Below, piece by piece: positions 12,851 through 26,156 of a stretch of DNA of 64,000 nt. The stretch comes from Octopus sinensis. Taxonomy: Eukaryota. The DNA is taken from assembly GCF_006345805.1 (NCBI RefSeq), contig NC_043000.1:89962001-90026000 (forward strand). The letters run 5' to 3'. Every line of letters starts with the position of its first letter. Position 1 is the first letter of the stretch. The position numbers and the translations under genes are program-made. The notes beneath the pieces were generated by a model. It saw nothing but the letters and a program-made list of their open reading frames with translations, did no database searches and was not told the origin of the DNA.

Positions 12851-13875
12851 AGTGATTCTCAACCAGGGTCCATATGATCCCTGGGGATCCAAGTAAGATT
12901 TTTGAGGGTTCACATAAACAAAATAGTAAACTGGAGATACTTTGGATGTATTTATTGTAAGAAACAGGTAGGTTTCTTTCATCATCATCATTATCATCAA
13001 CATTTATTACTTTCAATGCTGGCATGGGTTGGACAGTTTGTCAGGAGCTGACAAAGCAGAAGACTGCACCAGGTTTCAGTGTCTGTACTGGCATGGTTTT
13101 TATGGGTAAATGTCCTTCCTAACACCAGCCACTCTGCTGAGTGGACTGAGTGCTCTTTACATAGCACCAGCACAGGTGTCATCAGTTTTGGCATGGTTTT
13201 TACAGTTGGATGCTCTTCAAAATGCCAACCACTTTACAGTGTGGACTGGATGCTTCTTATGTGGCACCAGCACTGGCAGGGTCACCAAGTAACTTGCAAG
13301 ATAAAGATTCTTTGAGAGAGGACGGGGCATCAGAGAAGGTGATCTTGTGCCAGATTATGAAAGATTAGAATGTGACAGAGAGACAGAAGCAGGTACCTTA
13401 CTGTAGAGGAGATACATGGTTACCCAGTCAGAGAGAGAGAGTGATTAAAATTGAGTTCAGAAACAGGTGTGTTGCTGTAGAGGAGATACATAGTTAACCA
13501 GTCAGCGGGAGACAGCAAGAGTGCAAGAGAGGACAGAAGAGAGATGGTGGCAAAGTGCCAGGGCAGAGTCACAAGGAACAGGATCAGAATATAAATGGAA
13601 TGGTAGAGTTGAGCAAGGGAGAAATAGGTGGTGGCAAAGTGCCAGGGAATACTTTCAAAGTATGGGGTCAGAATATAAATGGTAGGGTACTGTCAAAGGT
13701 TGTTTTATATGGTTTAACCTACACAAGTTAATGAGTGAAAAACAAAATAAGAATTTTGAAAGAGGTATCTATAAAACAATTTTTTAAACATCAAATTACT
13801 ATGGGGGGGAGGGTCCACCAGAATAGAATAGTAATCAAAGGGGTCCACAGGTAAAAAATGATTGAAAGCCACTGC
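12851..13875. mobile_element. hAT/Charlie-like MITE interrupted by an RTE 3' fragment (about 12982-13680, minus)
   Basis: TIRs CAGTGATTCTCAACC / GATTGAAAGCCACTG; the 8-bp flanks TTTAAGGT and CTTTAGGT are an imperfect TSD. An (ATC)n tail and RTE 3' UTR sequence lie inside. Confidence 0.6.
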
Positions 13876-15909
13876 TTTAGGTGGTCAACTTTTTAGTTTT
13901 AACTTTTATACACTCCTCATTTTCATTTATAATATTGTTATAGTTTATTTTTAATATCCCTTTTGAAACAAAAAAACAAAAGCCTCTTTATTTTCATTTT
14001 TGAAAATTTTGTGATATGCTTAATTGCTAGTAACTGCTTTAATCTTTTACTCACTTCAGTCAAAAGACTGTAACCATGCTGGATCACCAACTTGAACAGT
14101 TTTACTTGAACAAATCAACTCAAGTACTTATATCTAAGCTTGGTACTTATTCTATCAGTTCTTTAGCAAAACTGCTAAGTTACAGAGACATAAACAAACA
14201 CCAGTTGTCAAATGATGGCAGCGGACAAACATAGACACATATATACACAGTTATGCATATATATATACACACACACACACATATATATATACACATATAC
14301 AACAAACTTCTTTCAGTTTCCATCTACTAAATCTACTCACAAGGCTTTGGTCAGCCCAGACTATGATAGAAGACACTTTCCCAAGGTAGGACTGAACCTG
14401 AAATCATGTGGTTGGGAACCAAACTATTTGAATGATATCTTTAAAGAAAAAATAAAAGCCACAATAACAATGCTATCTATTATAAACTTCAAATCCAAAC
14501 TGGAACAGGTGTTAAAAAGTAGCCTGATGACTCATAGCGACCATGTATTTTGTGTGGTTACAATTAACATCAGAAACACGTAAGTTTAATTACAAATAGA
14601 GGAATTACCATCAGTGGTACTACAGAGAAGTTTTGTGAACCAACTCCAAACAGCTAAAAATAACTGCCATTAATAATAGGAGTAAACAGTTTGAAATTAA
14701 ACAAAGTGAATATAAAAACTTGCAATACAAAATTCTGACCCACCAACATTTTGCACTAATATAGTCTTTCTTCAGTAATACAGTTACGCGTGACAAAATC
14801 AAACTATTAAAAATTAATTAAAAATGAACAGCTTATTACATTTCTATATTTCTTAAATCAGTTGCATTAATCATGTTTAACTTTAGATTAGCCCTTATCA
14901 AAAAAACACCAATGATGAAAGGCATTTCTTTAGTCACAGATCCAAAAGATGTCTATTCCAACTCAGACACACACACACAGTGTATTTTGGACTTCAATAT
15001 TCAATATAGCTTTCCTTTTTTAAGACAGTAAGGATGTTTAGCAGCTATTTATAGCAGGTCAAACAACCAAGTAGGGAAACTATTAAACTCATCTGCTATG
15101 CTTAAAAAAAAATATTTTTTATCAACCTTCATTAGCTTTTAATATAAATAAAAATTTAAACACCTAATACTGAGCATAACAATCATACTCAGTACTAGAG
15201 GAATCTAGGTGAGACTTGAGAGACAGAGAGACAGACAAAGCGACCAACAGTTAAAATAAAACATTTGTTTCTATCCCAGATCAATTTCAATTCACCATTC
15301 TGATAGTGGAGATTATGCCATATAAACTTTTTTTTTGCAACACAGCTGGATTTTTAAATAAATATTCATAACAACTATGTGACTTATAACAAATTCCAAT
15401 AGTTCGTTTGTGGTATGTTTTTAAACTATAAATACATTCATTAATCACAATAATTTATCTACAAAAGCCCTGACACAGGCTTATGGGTCACGTTACGCTA
15501 ACAATATTGAATGTACTGAATCTAGAGTAAAACAGTCAAGTAGATAAGGTACGCTGGATTATCAGTGCACAAGAGTTCTAAAATCAAATTCTTTCACAAG
15601 TGCTCCACAGCATATAGGAACAAGGACAATTAATTTCAGCTGATATCGATTTCAAAGACATTAGGCATTTATTTTTTAAATTTCCACAAGAAGCTTTGCT
15701 TCCCAAACACATGGTTTTAGGTTCAGACCCAATGCATGGCACCTTGGGGAAGTGTCTTCTACTGTAGCCTCAGGCCAACCAAAGCCATGTGAGTAGATTA
15801 GGTAGGCAGAAACTGAAGGAAGCCTATCGTATGTGTGTGTGTGTGTGTGTATATATGTACCTATGTATGTCTGTGTGTATGTATGTATATATATATATAC
15901 ACATACATA

Positions 15910-16680
15910 CAGGGTGCAGTGAATAAACTCATCTAAATTATGCAAAAATGAAAAAAAAAAACATTGAGATCTCATTTTAACAGGCATATTTACCAAAATT
16001 ACATAAAAATATCTTGAAATACTAAAGAGTAAATTTATTCAATAAAATTGTCATTGGCTTCAACCATGGCCTCCAGACGACTTCGGATTCTCCTGCAACT
16101 CTTTTGAACAGTCTCCTTGTTTAAGTTACAAAGAGTGTTGTCAGTCTCACGCTCAACTGTGTCCAACATAACAAATCAAAGGGGTTGTTGCAGTCTGCGG
16201 AGTTACGTAGTCAGATGTGAAGGGTGATGTTGTCACAGAAACTGACGGCTATGACTGGGTTCTCCTGCTTGTATGGCATGGTGCAGAATCCTGTAGCCAG
16301 ACACAGGGTTTTCTAGTAGCCACCAGCTTGACCCAGGGCAGCACTATCTCCTCCAGGCACTTGATGTAGGCCTCCATATTGAGTCAGAGGCTGTGTGGAA
16401 AGATGAATGGAGACAAAGTTACCATCACTAGTGATTGCTCCAAAGACCATGATGTTTGATTTCTATCACTCTCAGTACATGTCTTCAGATTGCACTGTCC
16501 TCCGATTCACACCCAAACATTCTGAAATGTTCATATTGGAGCTACAGACTCGAATGCCAAATACTACAGCATTATCATTCCCAAATTTCAGGCAGGTTTG
16601 AATTGCATCAAGGTGCTGTTTTGCTCACACACAGCGCCCAACTGACCCTACTATATACTGTCAAGTCGGCAAAAATCAAA
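15910..16680 (-). mobile_element. Tc1/mariner (maT, DD37D-like) transposase remnant with one TIR
   Basis: Terminus TA-CAGGGTG at 15908-15916. Minus-strand frameshifted translation gives IMVFGAITSDG...EAYIKCLEEIVLPWVK...WLQDSAPCHTSRRTQ...FCDNIT...NSADCN..PFD...ACRRIRSRLEAMVEANDNFIE. Confidence 0.8.
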
Positions 16681-16719
16681 AATCAACAATGAGTATGCAC
16701 AAAATTAAAAGCTACCAAA

Positions 16720-16784
16720 CAAATATACAAATACATATATATATATATACACACACAAATACATATATATATATACACACACAA

Positions 16785-16835
<51 letters not shown>

Positions 16836-17400
16836 AATACATATATATATATACACACACACACAAATACATATATATATATATACACACACACACAAAT
16901 ACATATATATATATATACACACACAAATACATATATATATATACACACACACACACAAATACATATATATATATACACACACACATAAATACATATATAT
17001 ATATACACACACACAAATACATATATATATATACACACACACAAATACATATATATATACACACACACACAAATACATATATATACACACACACACACAA
17101 ATACATATATATATACACACACACAAATACATATATATATACACACACACAAATACATATATATATATACACACACACAAATACATATATATACACACAT
17201 ATATACACACACACAAATACATATATATATACACACACACAAATACATATATATATACACACATATATACACACACACAAATACATATATATATACACAC
17301 ACAAATACATATATATATACACACACAAATACATATATATACACACACAAATACATATATATATACACACACAAATACATATATATATATACACACACAA

Positions 17401-17419
<19 letters not shown>
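16720..17419. repeat. Compound minisatellite (CA)nAATACA(TA)n, unit about 20-28 bp
   Basis: Directly visible tandem array; it explains the low-complexity C/V/Y/I ORFs. Confidence 0.95.
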
Positions 17420-17431
<12 letters not shown>

Positions 17432-17815
17432 AGCAGTATCGCCCGGCGTTGCTCAGGTTTGTAAGGGAAATAACTATATAAGCATATTTAGAGAGTTATA
17501 GCCAAAAAATAGCAAAAAAATGCATAAAAAAGGGAAAAAAATTGACGGTAAATTTTTTTTAAATCGTTGACTCATCGTAGACATTTTTATAGAGTTACTT
17601 CCCTTATATAATAGCGAAAAAATGCATTAAAATGGAAAAAAATGATGGTAAATATTTTTTTAATTCGTAGACGCGTGCTAATACCCAGAAGGGCTCAATA
17701 TGAATCACAACTACAAGATACCCGGTTTTGGTTAAACTGCACCGCAAAATGTGGGAGTAGTTAGGAATCTAAATCGTAGGAGACAGACACACAACTTCTC
17801 TTTTATATATAAAGA
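17420..17815 (-). mobile_element. Non-autonomous Helitron (module B, 396 bp)
   Basis: On the minus strand it starts TCTTTATATATAAAAG and ends with the hairpin CCTGAGCAACGCCGGG followed by CTAG, in an AT target. Homologous to 38956-39351. Confidence 0.88.
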
Positions 17816-17965
17816 TATATATATATATATACATACATATAAATTTGACATGGGCGATTCTTTCTTGTCTTGGGATTCACGGTCAAACGGGTGGGTGGAA
17901 TTCATGAAAAATTACACAGATGTGTAGAATGATCTGGTGGTGTTGCTGAGCTTTGTATTTCTTTT

Positions 17966-18127
17966 ATAGCTCCCACGGTTACTGAGACAATCTACTATAA
18001 TAATACTCTTTGAGTTTATGAATGAGAAAGGAAGGGGTGATGTCATATTTTTCATAGCTCCCATGGTTACTGAGATAATCCACTATAATAATACTCTTGT
18101 ATTTATGAATGAGAAAGGAAAGGGTGA
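17966..18127. repeat. Two-copy tandem repeat of about 88 bp
   Basis: ATAGCTCCCA(C/T)GGTTACTGAGA(C/T)AATC(T/C)ACTATAATAATACTC...GAATGAGAAAGGAA repeated. Confidence 0.85.
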
Positions 18128-18552
18128 GCATTTCAATTTTGTGTGAATATATGTGTGTGTATGTAAAAGGGGAGTATGTGAATGTGTGTGCATGAGTGTG
18201 AATGTGCTCGCTCAATGGAAGTGGGATGGTTCATCTTTGTTCACTTAGTATTTATCTTTTGATTTTTATCTTGGTTAGTTTGTTTTTTTTTGTTTATGGG
18301 GGAGGGGAAGGTGGGTATATGAGGAGAGAGGGGAGGAGAGAAGGCGAGAAGAGAGGGGGACGAGGGATGGGGTGGTGGAGAGTGAGAGGGGAGAGAAGAG
18401 AGGGGAGATGAGGAGGGGGAGAAGGGGAGTGAGGGAGCAGAGAGAAAGAGAGAAGGGGAAGAGGGAAGAAGGGGGAGAAGAGGGAAAAAGAAGGAAAGAG
18501 AGTAGGGGTGAAAAGATGTAGGAGTGAAGAGAAGTAGGAGTCGGGGAGGAGG

Positions 18553-19766
18553 TTAGATGAAAAAGAGAGGAGAGTTGAGCCCAAATGACGTAAAAGAGCG
18601 AAGAGAGAAGATTAATCCCTGTTCACGGCGCAAGCAGGAATCCGGATGGCCTCTGTACAAGGACAATCCAAACACAGACAGGTGTTGCAAGGAGTGACCA
18701 GTGGAGTGGAAATGGCATGAGACTGGAGTGTCATTGGCGAGGCGAATGTCTCGGAGGTGTTCCGCGAACCGATCAGCCAAGCGGCGTCCCGTTTGTCCAA
18801 TGCACAGGGAATGGCAGAGAGAGCAGGAGATGCAATAGATGATATTGCTGGAGGTGCAGGTGAAGGAGTCGATGATGCGATAAGGTCAATGATGGGTGCT
18901 GGTGAGGAGGGTGGTGTTGGAGAGGTATGGGCAAGTGCAGCAGCGTGGGCGGGAGCAGGGGAACGAGCCAGGTTGGGAGGTAGGGTTGGGGAAGAAGCTG
19001 TGGACCAAGAGGTCTCGTAGGTTATGGGCTCGTTTGAAGGAGGGAAGGGGTTGGTTAGGAAAGAGGTGTGAAGTGGACAGGTCGGACTGGAGATGCCGGA
19101 AAGCTTGGAGAATGGTGGTAAGTGAGGCGGGAGACTGCAGGGCGGGTTCGGGGGGGGAGAGCAGATGCACGGTCTACGGAACATGCTCTGGCAAGGGTGG
19201 TGTGGATAGTGATGAGGGGGTATCTACGTAGGATGAAGTGGCGAGCCATGAGTTGAGACTGAGTCTCAAAGTCATGGTCGTCACTACGGAGCCTACGTAG
19301 ACGGAGGAATTGGGAATAGGGAATGGAAAGCTTGGTGTGTTTGGGGTGGGAGGAAGAGAAGTTTAGGTATGAGTGGGAGTCTGTGTGTTTGTAGTGAATG
19401 GAGGTGGTAAGAGTGGAGTGATGAATGCTGACCGAAATGTCAAGAAAGGAGACAGAGGTGTTGGAGGTCGAGAAAGAGTTGAAGTGCACGCAGTCCTTCG
19501 TGGTGAGGGATGACGGTATAGAGGCTCTGGATGTCCATTGTAAAGAGGAGTTTGGAGGAGCCAGGAGGAAAGGAGAAAGAGCTGAAAAGCCGGAGAGCAT
19601 GGTTGGTGTCATGGATGTGAGAGAGAAGAGATGCCACTAGGGAGGCAAAGACACGGTCGAGGTATTTTGAGATAAGCTCGGTGGGGCAGTTACAGGCGGA
19701 GACGATGGGGCGGCCAGGGTTGTTGGGTTTGTGGATTTTGGGGAGGAAGTAAATGGTGGGGTTGCA
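18553..19766 (-). mobile_element. Penelope-like element (Poseidon-type) RT + GIY-YIG, internally deleted
   Basis: PTIYFLPKIHKPNNPGRPIVSACNCPTELISKYLD...LFTMDIQSLYTVIPH; SFLDISV...YKHTDSHSYLNFSSSHPKHTKLSIPYSQFLRLRRL; CSRPRCCTC; ADRFAEHLRDIR...PVSCHF...REQGLIFSLRSFTSFGLN. Confidence 0.9.
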
Positions 19767-19861
19767 TATATATACACACACATATATAGATAGATAGATA
19801 GATATCAGATATCACAGCTGCATCCTCGTTACACAAGAAAAGCCACTGCCAAGTAGACTTA

Positions 19862-21170
19862 CTGAAATGATTCATGATTATTGCCATGTGATTCCCTTAT
19901 ATGACTTCTAATCCCAACCAAGCTTTTACACATTTTATCACATACTAGACAACTGTGTTGGCTGGTAGGAGAAACAGGTGCCACCATATGCAATCTCTTA
20001 ACATGCCTTTTTAGACCTCCAACTGAGAGGCAGACCCTTCTACATTTTACACACATTTTGTTATGAATTTTAATATCCACATCATTGTTTATCATGGGTC
20101 AACTTTTATGAGAATTTTGATGGCGCACCAGGCCTGCATGACTCAAACACCTCCGCCCACAAACCACACACATAAAAGCAACACTCACTTTCCACAGGCT
20201 CCCACTTCTAAGCCCCCTCATACTTCACTCTCTCCCTCTCAACTCTTGAACAACCATCATGCATTATCTTCCTCCATCCATCACAGTCTTGGGCTTCCCT
20301 TTCCTAATTACCAGCAGTAATTCCTGTCTGTATTAGAGCATTTTTAAGGCAATCCTTAAACCTTAGTTTAGGCTTATGTGCTGGTCACCTGCCATCTTCC
20401 AGCTCACCATACAATAGCTGTTTGGGCAGTCACTCATCACTCTCCTTACCAAATGTTTCCCCACACACACACACACCTCAAACGTCTGCAAAATCATTGA
20501 CTCTATACTTCTACTGCCACTCCTCTCAAGCACCTCTACATTACTGATGGCCATTTTCCAGTTTATTCCCCAAAAGTTTCTCAGTATTGATGAAATCGTT
20601 CCAATTACCTTACCTGCCTGTGGTAAACAACCCATGCCTCACTTCCATATAGCAAAGATGGGAGGACGCATGTGTTATATACCTTTACTTTAAGTTGTGA
20701 AGATATATTATGTTGTTTCCACAGATGCCTATCAAACCTGCCAAAAGAACTACTAGCCCAGCTGATTCTGTATGAAGTTTCATCATCAAGACCAACAGTG
20801 CTCAAGGTACTTCCTAAATAAATAAATCTAGGTACAGTCTCCAACTTTTGACCATTTACAGTTATAAGTTTCCACATACATCTTGGAGGGAGTGGGCTGG
20901 CATATTATAATAGTTTGTTTTTTTTAGATTGTTTGACCCAATGCTGCACATACTGCAGAAATTGCATTCACCATGTCGAGTTCCAGATTATCTTTGCAAT
21001 TTCGGCTGGTTATACTCGAGATTGCTCCAATCAGGTCAGCCCAAGGAAAAACTAAGCTAAAAGCGTTAGATTCCTTGGAAGAAATGTACATCAAAACAAA
21101 GATGGAAAGAATGGAGAAAATTACACAAATACAAATAACAGAACATAACAACAGGTGTCTTTTGACTAAG
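19862..21170 (-). pseudogene. Degraded RTE-BovB-like LINE (RT C-terminus and terminal C2H2 fingers)
   Basis: LETVPRFIYLGSTLS...KVKVYNTCVLPSLLYGSEAW; C-terminal CVKCRRVCLSVGGLKRHVKRLH and CLVCDKMCKSLVGIRSHIRESH. Confidence 0.8.
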
Positions 21171-21246
21171 GATGAATTAAATTAAGCTGGTGTGTGTGGA
21201 AGTAAAGCCTTACGGCAGGGATACAAGATTTCACAGGATCGAAAGA

Positions 21247-21278
<32 letters not shown>

Positions 21279-21624
21279 TATATATATATTATATATATAT
21301 ATGCATCAAATGAAATCAAAAACAGAACACAAAGGATGTTGCGGTACACGTGTTTCAAGCTTTATAAACAACCTATTCTTACATCATTGTATAATTGATA
21401 TAAAGGATGGTTTAAAGCTCTCTTCAGCTGCATGCAATTGCTATACCAAAGATTTACATCACATTATGAAAAATCCGAAAGGTACATTTGGTATTACCCA
21501 TAATGATAGGTTTATCGAGACTCACTGAGAAAGCATGTTTGTAAATCTTCATAACCAAATAGGCGTGTAGGGTATCATTGGACTTCGAAAATCTGTCCAT
21601 ACTGTGTCACCAGTATATATCATC

Positions 21625-22020
21625 ATCATCATCATCATCGTTTAACGTCCGCTTTCCGCGCTAGCACGGGTTGGACGGTTCGACCGGGTCTGGGAAGCCA
21701 GGGGCCGCTCCAGGCTCCAGTCTGAATCTGGCAGAGTTTCTACGGCTGGATGCCCTTCCTAACGCCAACCACTCCGTGAGTGGATTGGGTGCTTTTTACG
21801 TGCCACCTGCACAGGGGCCGGAGGGTCCGGCATCGTCACGATCGGTTCGAGCATTTTAACGTGTCAGCGGCACGGGGGCAACGAGGTCCGGGGTACTTTG
21901 GGGATCCGGGGTACTTTGGGGATCCGGGGTACTTAGAATGGGTAGGGGGTATGTGGAATTGCTGCAGAAAGCAGCCCGGGTCTTTGTAGTCACAGCATAT
22001 CTCCAGAGATCTCGATGTAC
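21625..22020 (-). mobile_element. RTE LINE 3' UTR fragment with (GAT)n tail
   Basis: The reverse complement matches 55630-56120 and ends GCGGAAAGCGGACGTTAAACGATGATGATG. It contains a 19-bp triple repeat at about 21886-21932. Confidence 0.85.
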
Positions 22021-22023
22021 GTG

Positions 22024-22086
<63 letters not shown>

Positions 22087-22441
22087 CATATATGTATGTA
22101 TGTATGTGCGCGCGCACACAGATATATATACATAGACCCAACCAAGAGACACAACTCCTAATCATATGGCCCTTTTTCATTTCACCACACGCTAACCTGT
22201 TATGCTAATCCACCTCTAACAATAGAGAGCAGTCTCCGAATTCCCTTCCCTATTAGCTAACTTTGATGAGTACAAAGTTATATAATCAGATTGGTATTTA
22301 ACACTCCATTGTATTCCTTGTGTGTTATTGATTGGTTAGATCAGCCGTGATGGATATATAATACTATACTTTTCAGATAATATACATGTATCTGTATGTG
22401 TGTATATATATATATATATATGGATGTGATATAAAAGCAGG

Positions 22442-22506
<65 letters not shown>

Positions 22507-22951
22507 TGAATGTAGTTTATGCACATCCACAAATTAGTACGCATTTCGCTCAAATTTTAGGAGGACATTCGTCATGACCTTAGCTATATTTTCGTCAAAT
22601 TGTTTTCCCCCGAGGCACTAGCGAATAGCGGTAAAATAATTTTGAACCATAACTTCTAACAATTTTCAAGTCGGAGAAATACACTATCATTTGCAAATAT
22701 GAGTTAAGTCCCCTTCTAGCGACAGTGTAAAGAGAGAGAGAGAGAGAGAGAGATAACAGATTTTTAAAATTTCGTCTTTTTAGTGAGTGATTGACAGGCA
22801 AAAACAGACAGACGAGTTGTTATGAATCCATGTATGTGTGAATGGCTTCAGTCACACACACACACACACGAACATGTATGCGTACAAAACACATATGCAA
22901 TGTGTGTGTTGCCGGTATATATATATATACACACACACATACACACACACA

Positions 22952-23049
22952 ATATAAACGATATTCTCCGTTTCTCCACAACTAATTTCGAAATTAGTTG
23001 AATCCGTTGCTCTACTCATAGCGACAGATAGCTGGTCATGCGTGAACAT
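22952..23049 (-). pseudogene. Helitron Pif1-type helicase C-terminal fragment
   Basis: MFTHDQLSVAMSRATDSTNFEISCGETENIVY resembles the Helitron helicase terminus FSHGQLYVALSR...T.NIVY. Confidence 0.65.
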
Positions 23050-23130
23050 GGGAGAGAGCAGAAGTTACCAGAGCAAAAACCCTAAGTGTTGACTGTAAAC
23101 ATGCTCCTTCGCAAACAATCAGCTATTATT

Positions 23131-23381
23131 CTGTAAACAATGTTTCAAAACTGTTCATGTTTTCAAAAGGAGAGGTCTGACTCTCACATCTCTATGGGAG
23201 AAGGTAGGCCTCTCTATTCCTCTTACAAAACTTACATCCGGGTGCCAAATTTGCATTTTGTAAACAATGTTTGAAAACTGTTCGTGTTTTCAAAAGGAGA
23301 GATCTGACTCTCACATCTCTGCGGGGGAAGGTAGGCCTCTCTATTCCTCTTACAAAACTTATGTCTGGGTGCCAAATTTGC
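23131..23381. repeat. Two-copy tandem repeat of about 126 bp, probably Helitron/Helentron internal
   Basis: TGTAAACAATGTTT.AAAACTGTTC.TGTTTTCAAAAGGAGAG.TCTGACTCTCACATCTCT...GGGTGCCAAATTTGC occurs twice. Confidence 0.85.
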
Positions 23382-24033
23382 TTCAATTGATGGTATTACT
23401 CAGGTAGGGGCGGGGACAGAAGCAGGGGAGTAAAAAAATATGTATGCAATAGGTGCATGTACGTATATGTTTGTGAGTGTGTTGTCCATATATATATATA
23501 TGTGTGTGTATATACTTAGTTGTAATCTGAACATAACCACTTCACACACAGGATCGGAGGCCTTCTTGAGCGTTCTATTTTCTTTGCTGGAAGGGTTCCC
23601 AACCCATGGGCAAAGGGGTTACATGATGGGGGTGGTGTTTTCAAAAGAGTTGGCATATGCAACCTGATCACCTTTGCCTATCAAATTCCCAACCCATGCG
23701 CTCCGTCATGACACTGATTCTGCAGAACTGGGTTAGGTATGAAAACCAACTTTAAATTATAGATATAGATGTTTTTGAATCAGCAATGTTGTGTTCGGTT
23801 AACTTGAAAAATCAAGTGATTCCATATGGGATTAATCAGGATAAAAAAAACTAATAAGCTGATTCCTTATAGGACTTCCCACTAAAATTGGATATACCCC
23901 ATTTTCAACCATAACTTTTACCAATTTTGATGTGTTTTGTTCTAACTTGATGCCAGCATTACTTAGGACTCATGGTATCTTTGAAAGCTTTAAGTAGTCC
24001 AAAAACGAAAAGAAAAAAACAATTGATGAGTGG

Positions 24034-24069
<36 letters not shown>

Positions 24070-24231
24070 GATAAACCAATTCCTTATGGGATTTCTCAAT
24101 CAAATTGTCTGCAACTCATTTTCAGTCAAAAGTTTACCAATTTCAACAGATTTTGCTCAAATTTGACGTTGATGTTACTTAGTTTGGTTTGAAATAAAGA
24201 GCTTGATTAGCTTAATAATCCTAACTTAATC

Positions 24232-24259
24232 CTGAGCAAAGCCGGGCTATACTGCCAGT
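24232..24259 (+). mobile_element. Helitron 3' terminus (degenerate)
   Basis: CCTGAGCAAAGCCGGGCTATACTGCCAG-T, a variant of the CCCGAGCAACGCCGGGC..TACTGCTAG-T end at 39351 and 62833. Confidence 0.65.
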
Positions 24260-25821
24260 ATATATATGTGTGTGTGTGTGTCTTTTTGTCAGTTTTCCCT
24301 CATCACTGCTTGACAACCGGTGTTGGTGTGTTTACGTCCCCTTAACATAGTAGTTTGGCAAGAAAGGTCAATAGATTAAGCATCAAGCTTTAAAAAAAAG
24401 TACTGGGGTTGAAACATTCGACTAAGAATAATTCTTCATGGTGTTGCCCCAGAATGGCCACAGTCTGATGACTGAAACAAGTAAAAGATAAAAGATATCA
24501 CCCACCCCCAGCCCAATATAATAATAAAAATGAAAATAATTATTTTAAGGAAAAGAAACCAGTTTATCCATTTCTGAAATATTATATCCTTACTTTGTAG
24601 ATGAAATTCCTGTTTCTCCAATTTTTTATATTTTGAACAAATTTCTTAACTGTTTTTTGACTTTAGACTCCTTTGATTCCCGTTTTCCTGTATTATTGCC
24701 CCACAGTCATCTGATGATTAAAAAATCCTATTATATTTATATAATTGAATACTATTAGGAAACATAAAAAAAAAATCATTGAAATATTTTGTGTATTGTA
24801 TGTACAAGCAATTAGTTGCACATATGAATTCCCAATGGTCATAAGGACCCTGATTGAGAACCACTGGAAATCACAAATCACTCATTCTTCAGGTACCCCA
24901 CCAATAACAGTGAATCACAGGGGCTGGCTAAAACTCTCTCCCTTGTCTTCCTACTAAATCTCAATGGGTAATGGACTAGTGGTAATCAGTGCAGTGGGTA
25001 TGTATATAGCTTGGCTGCCCAAATGAAGAAGTGGCGAAGTACATTTTTTTTGTCTGCAATCGAAGACAAATACTTTGCCATGTATTAGTATAGATATTTT
25101 GACTAAAAATTCTGGCCTCTTAAACCCACTCCCTTACATCCTTCAAAAAAAAACTTATGTTCTGCATATGTATGTCACCAGCAAGGAAAGGTTTACATAA
25201 AGACTGAAGCATTTCCAACAGTTTTCATGGTTAGGTTCATTCAAAACACATAAATACACAATAGGAAAAAACATGATTTCACCTTCATACTAAGACAGGT
25301 GTAATTGTTAAATTTTATCAAATTTAAGTGTTATTCACAACATAAATCTTGACTAGGTATTCTAATAATGACATCTTATTTCAGACACAGCATATCCAAT
25401 CCCTGACATGCCCTTTTATTTTATTTTTTTTTAACGAGATGTTATTTGAGAGAGATTTGGTTGTTGTTTCTAGCAGGTAGAGCAATTATGTATACAGCTT
25501 TGTTAATGGCAAGTGTTGGTTAAAGAGAAGGGTCTGCAAATCTGTTAAATTTAAAAGTGACCATATCTCAGTATAAAAAAATACAGAGTTCCAATATAGT
25601 TAGTATACCATACGTAGAAGCCCTCTTATGATAATGAAAGTTGTAGCTGTGACACCTTGCACAACAAATTCAAAGCTGAAACAAGTCAAAAGTTCAGAAA
25701 GCAGTTTCCGTTAATGCTACTAGATGACTCAGGTTGATAACACTGTCTACATTTTATGCAGCAGTCCTATACATAGAAAAATAATTTAAATTACTAGCTA
25801 ACTCATCATAGCAGTAGCTGT

Positions 25822-26039
25822 TTAACCCTTCTGATACCAACCCACCTGAGATCACCATTGGTCCTACGATACAAACTTCCTGCTAAAAATTATCTAAATT
25901 AAAACCTCCCATAACATTTTTGCGTTAATTTATGTTCCATAAAGTAGTTTAATAATGACTAAGTTATTTTACTAAAATTCTTCTCAAAATTAATTTGAAA
26001 CAAAGGCAGTTTATTTCACCAGAAATATAAAAGGATTAA
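25822..26039. mobile_element. piggyBac-type MITE
   Basis: TTAA-CCCTT ... AAGGA-TTAA ends; homologous to 1938-2164 and to the 3' part of 38500-38847. Confidence 0.6.
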
Positions 26040-26156
26040 AGTCTGGCCTGTTCTTTAGCGGGTTTAGGTATTATGTAAAAATATATGTGAATGTAGCCTA
26101 ATCCTTGGAGGATTTTAAGAGCCAATGTTAAAATAAATTCTATTGATATTACGTGT

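Noticed and set aside
16683-17406. Long ORFs of 228-237 aa
   Set aside because: Translations of a CA/TA minisatellite that lacks stop codons; not genes.
19859-20095. Host C2H2 zinc-finger gene
   Set aside because: Collinear with an upstream RTE RT remnant on the same strand; it lacks TGEKP linkers.
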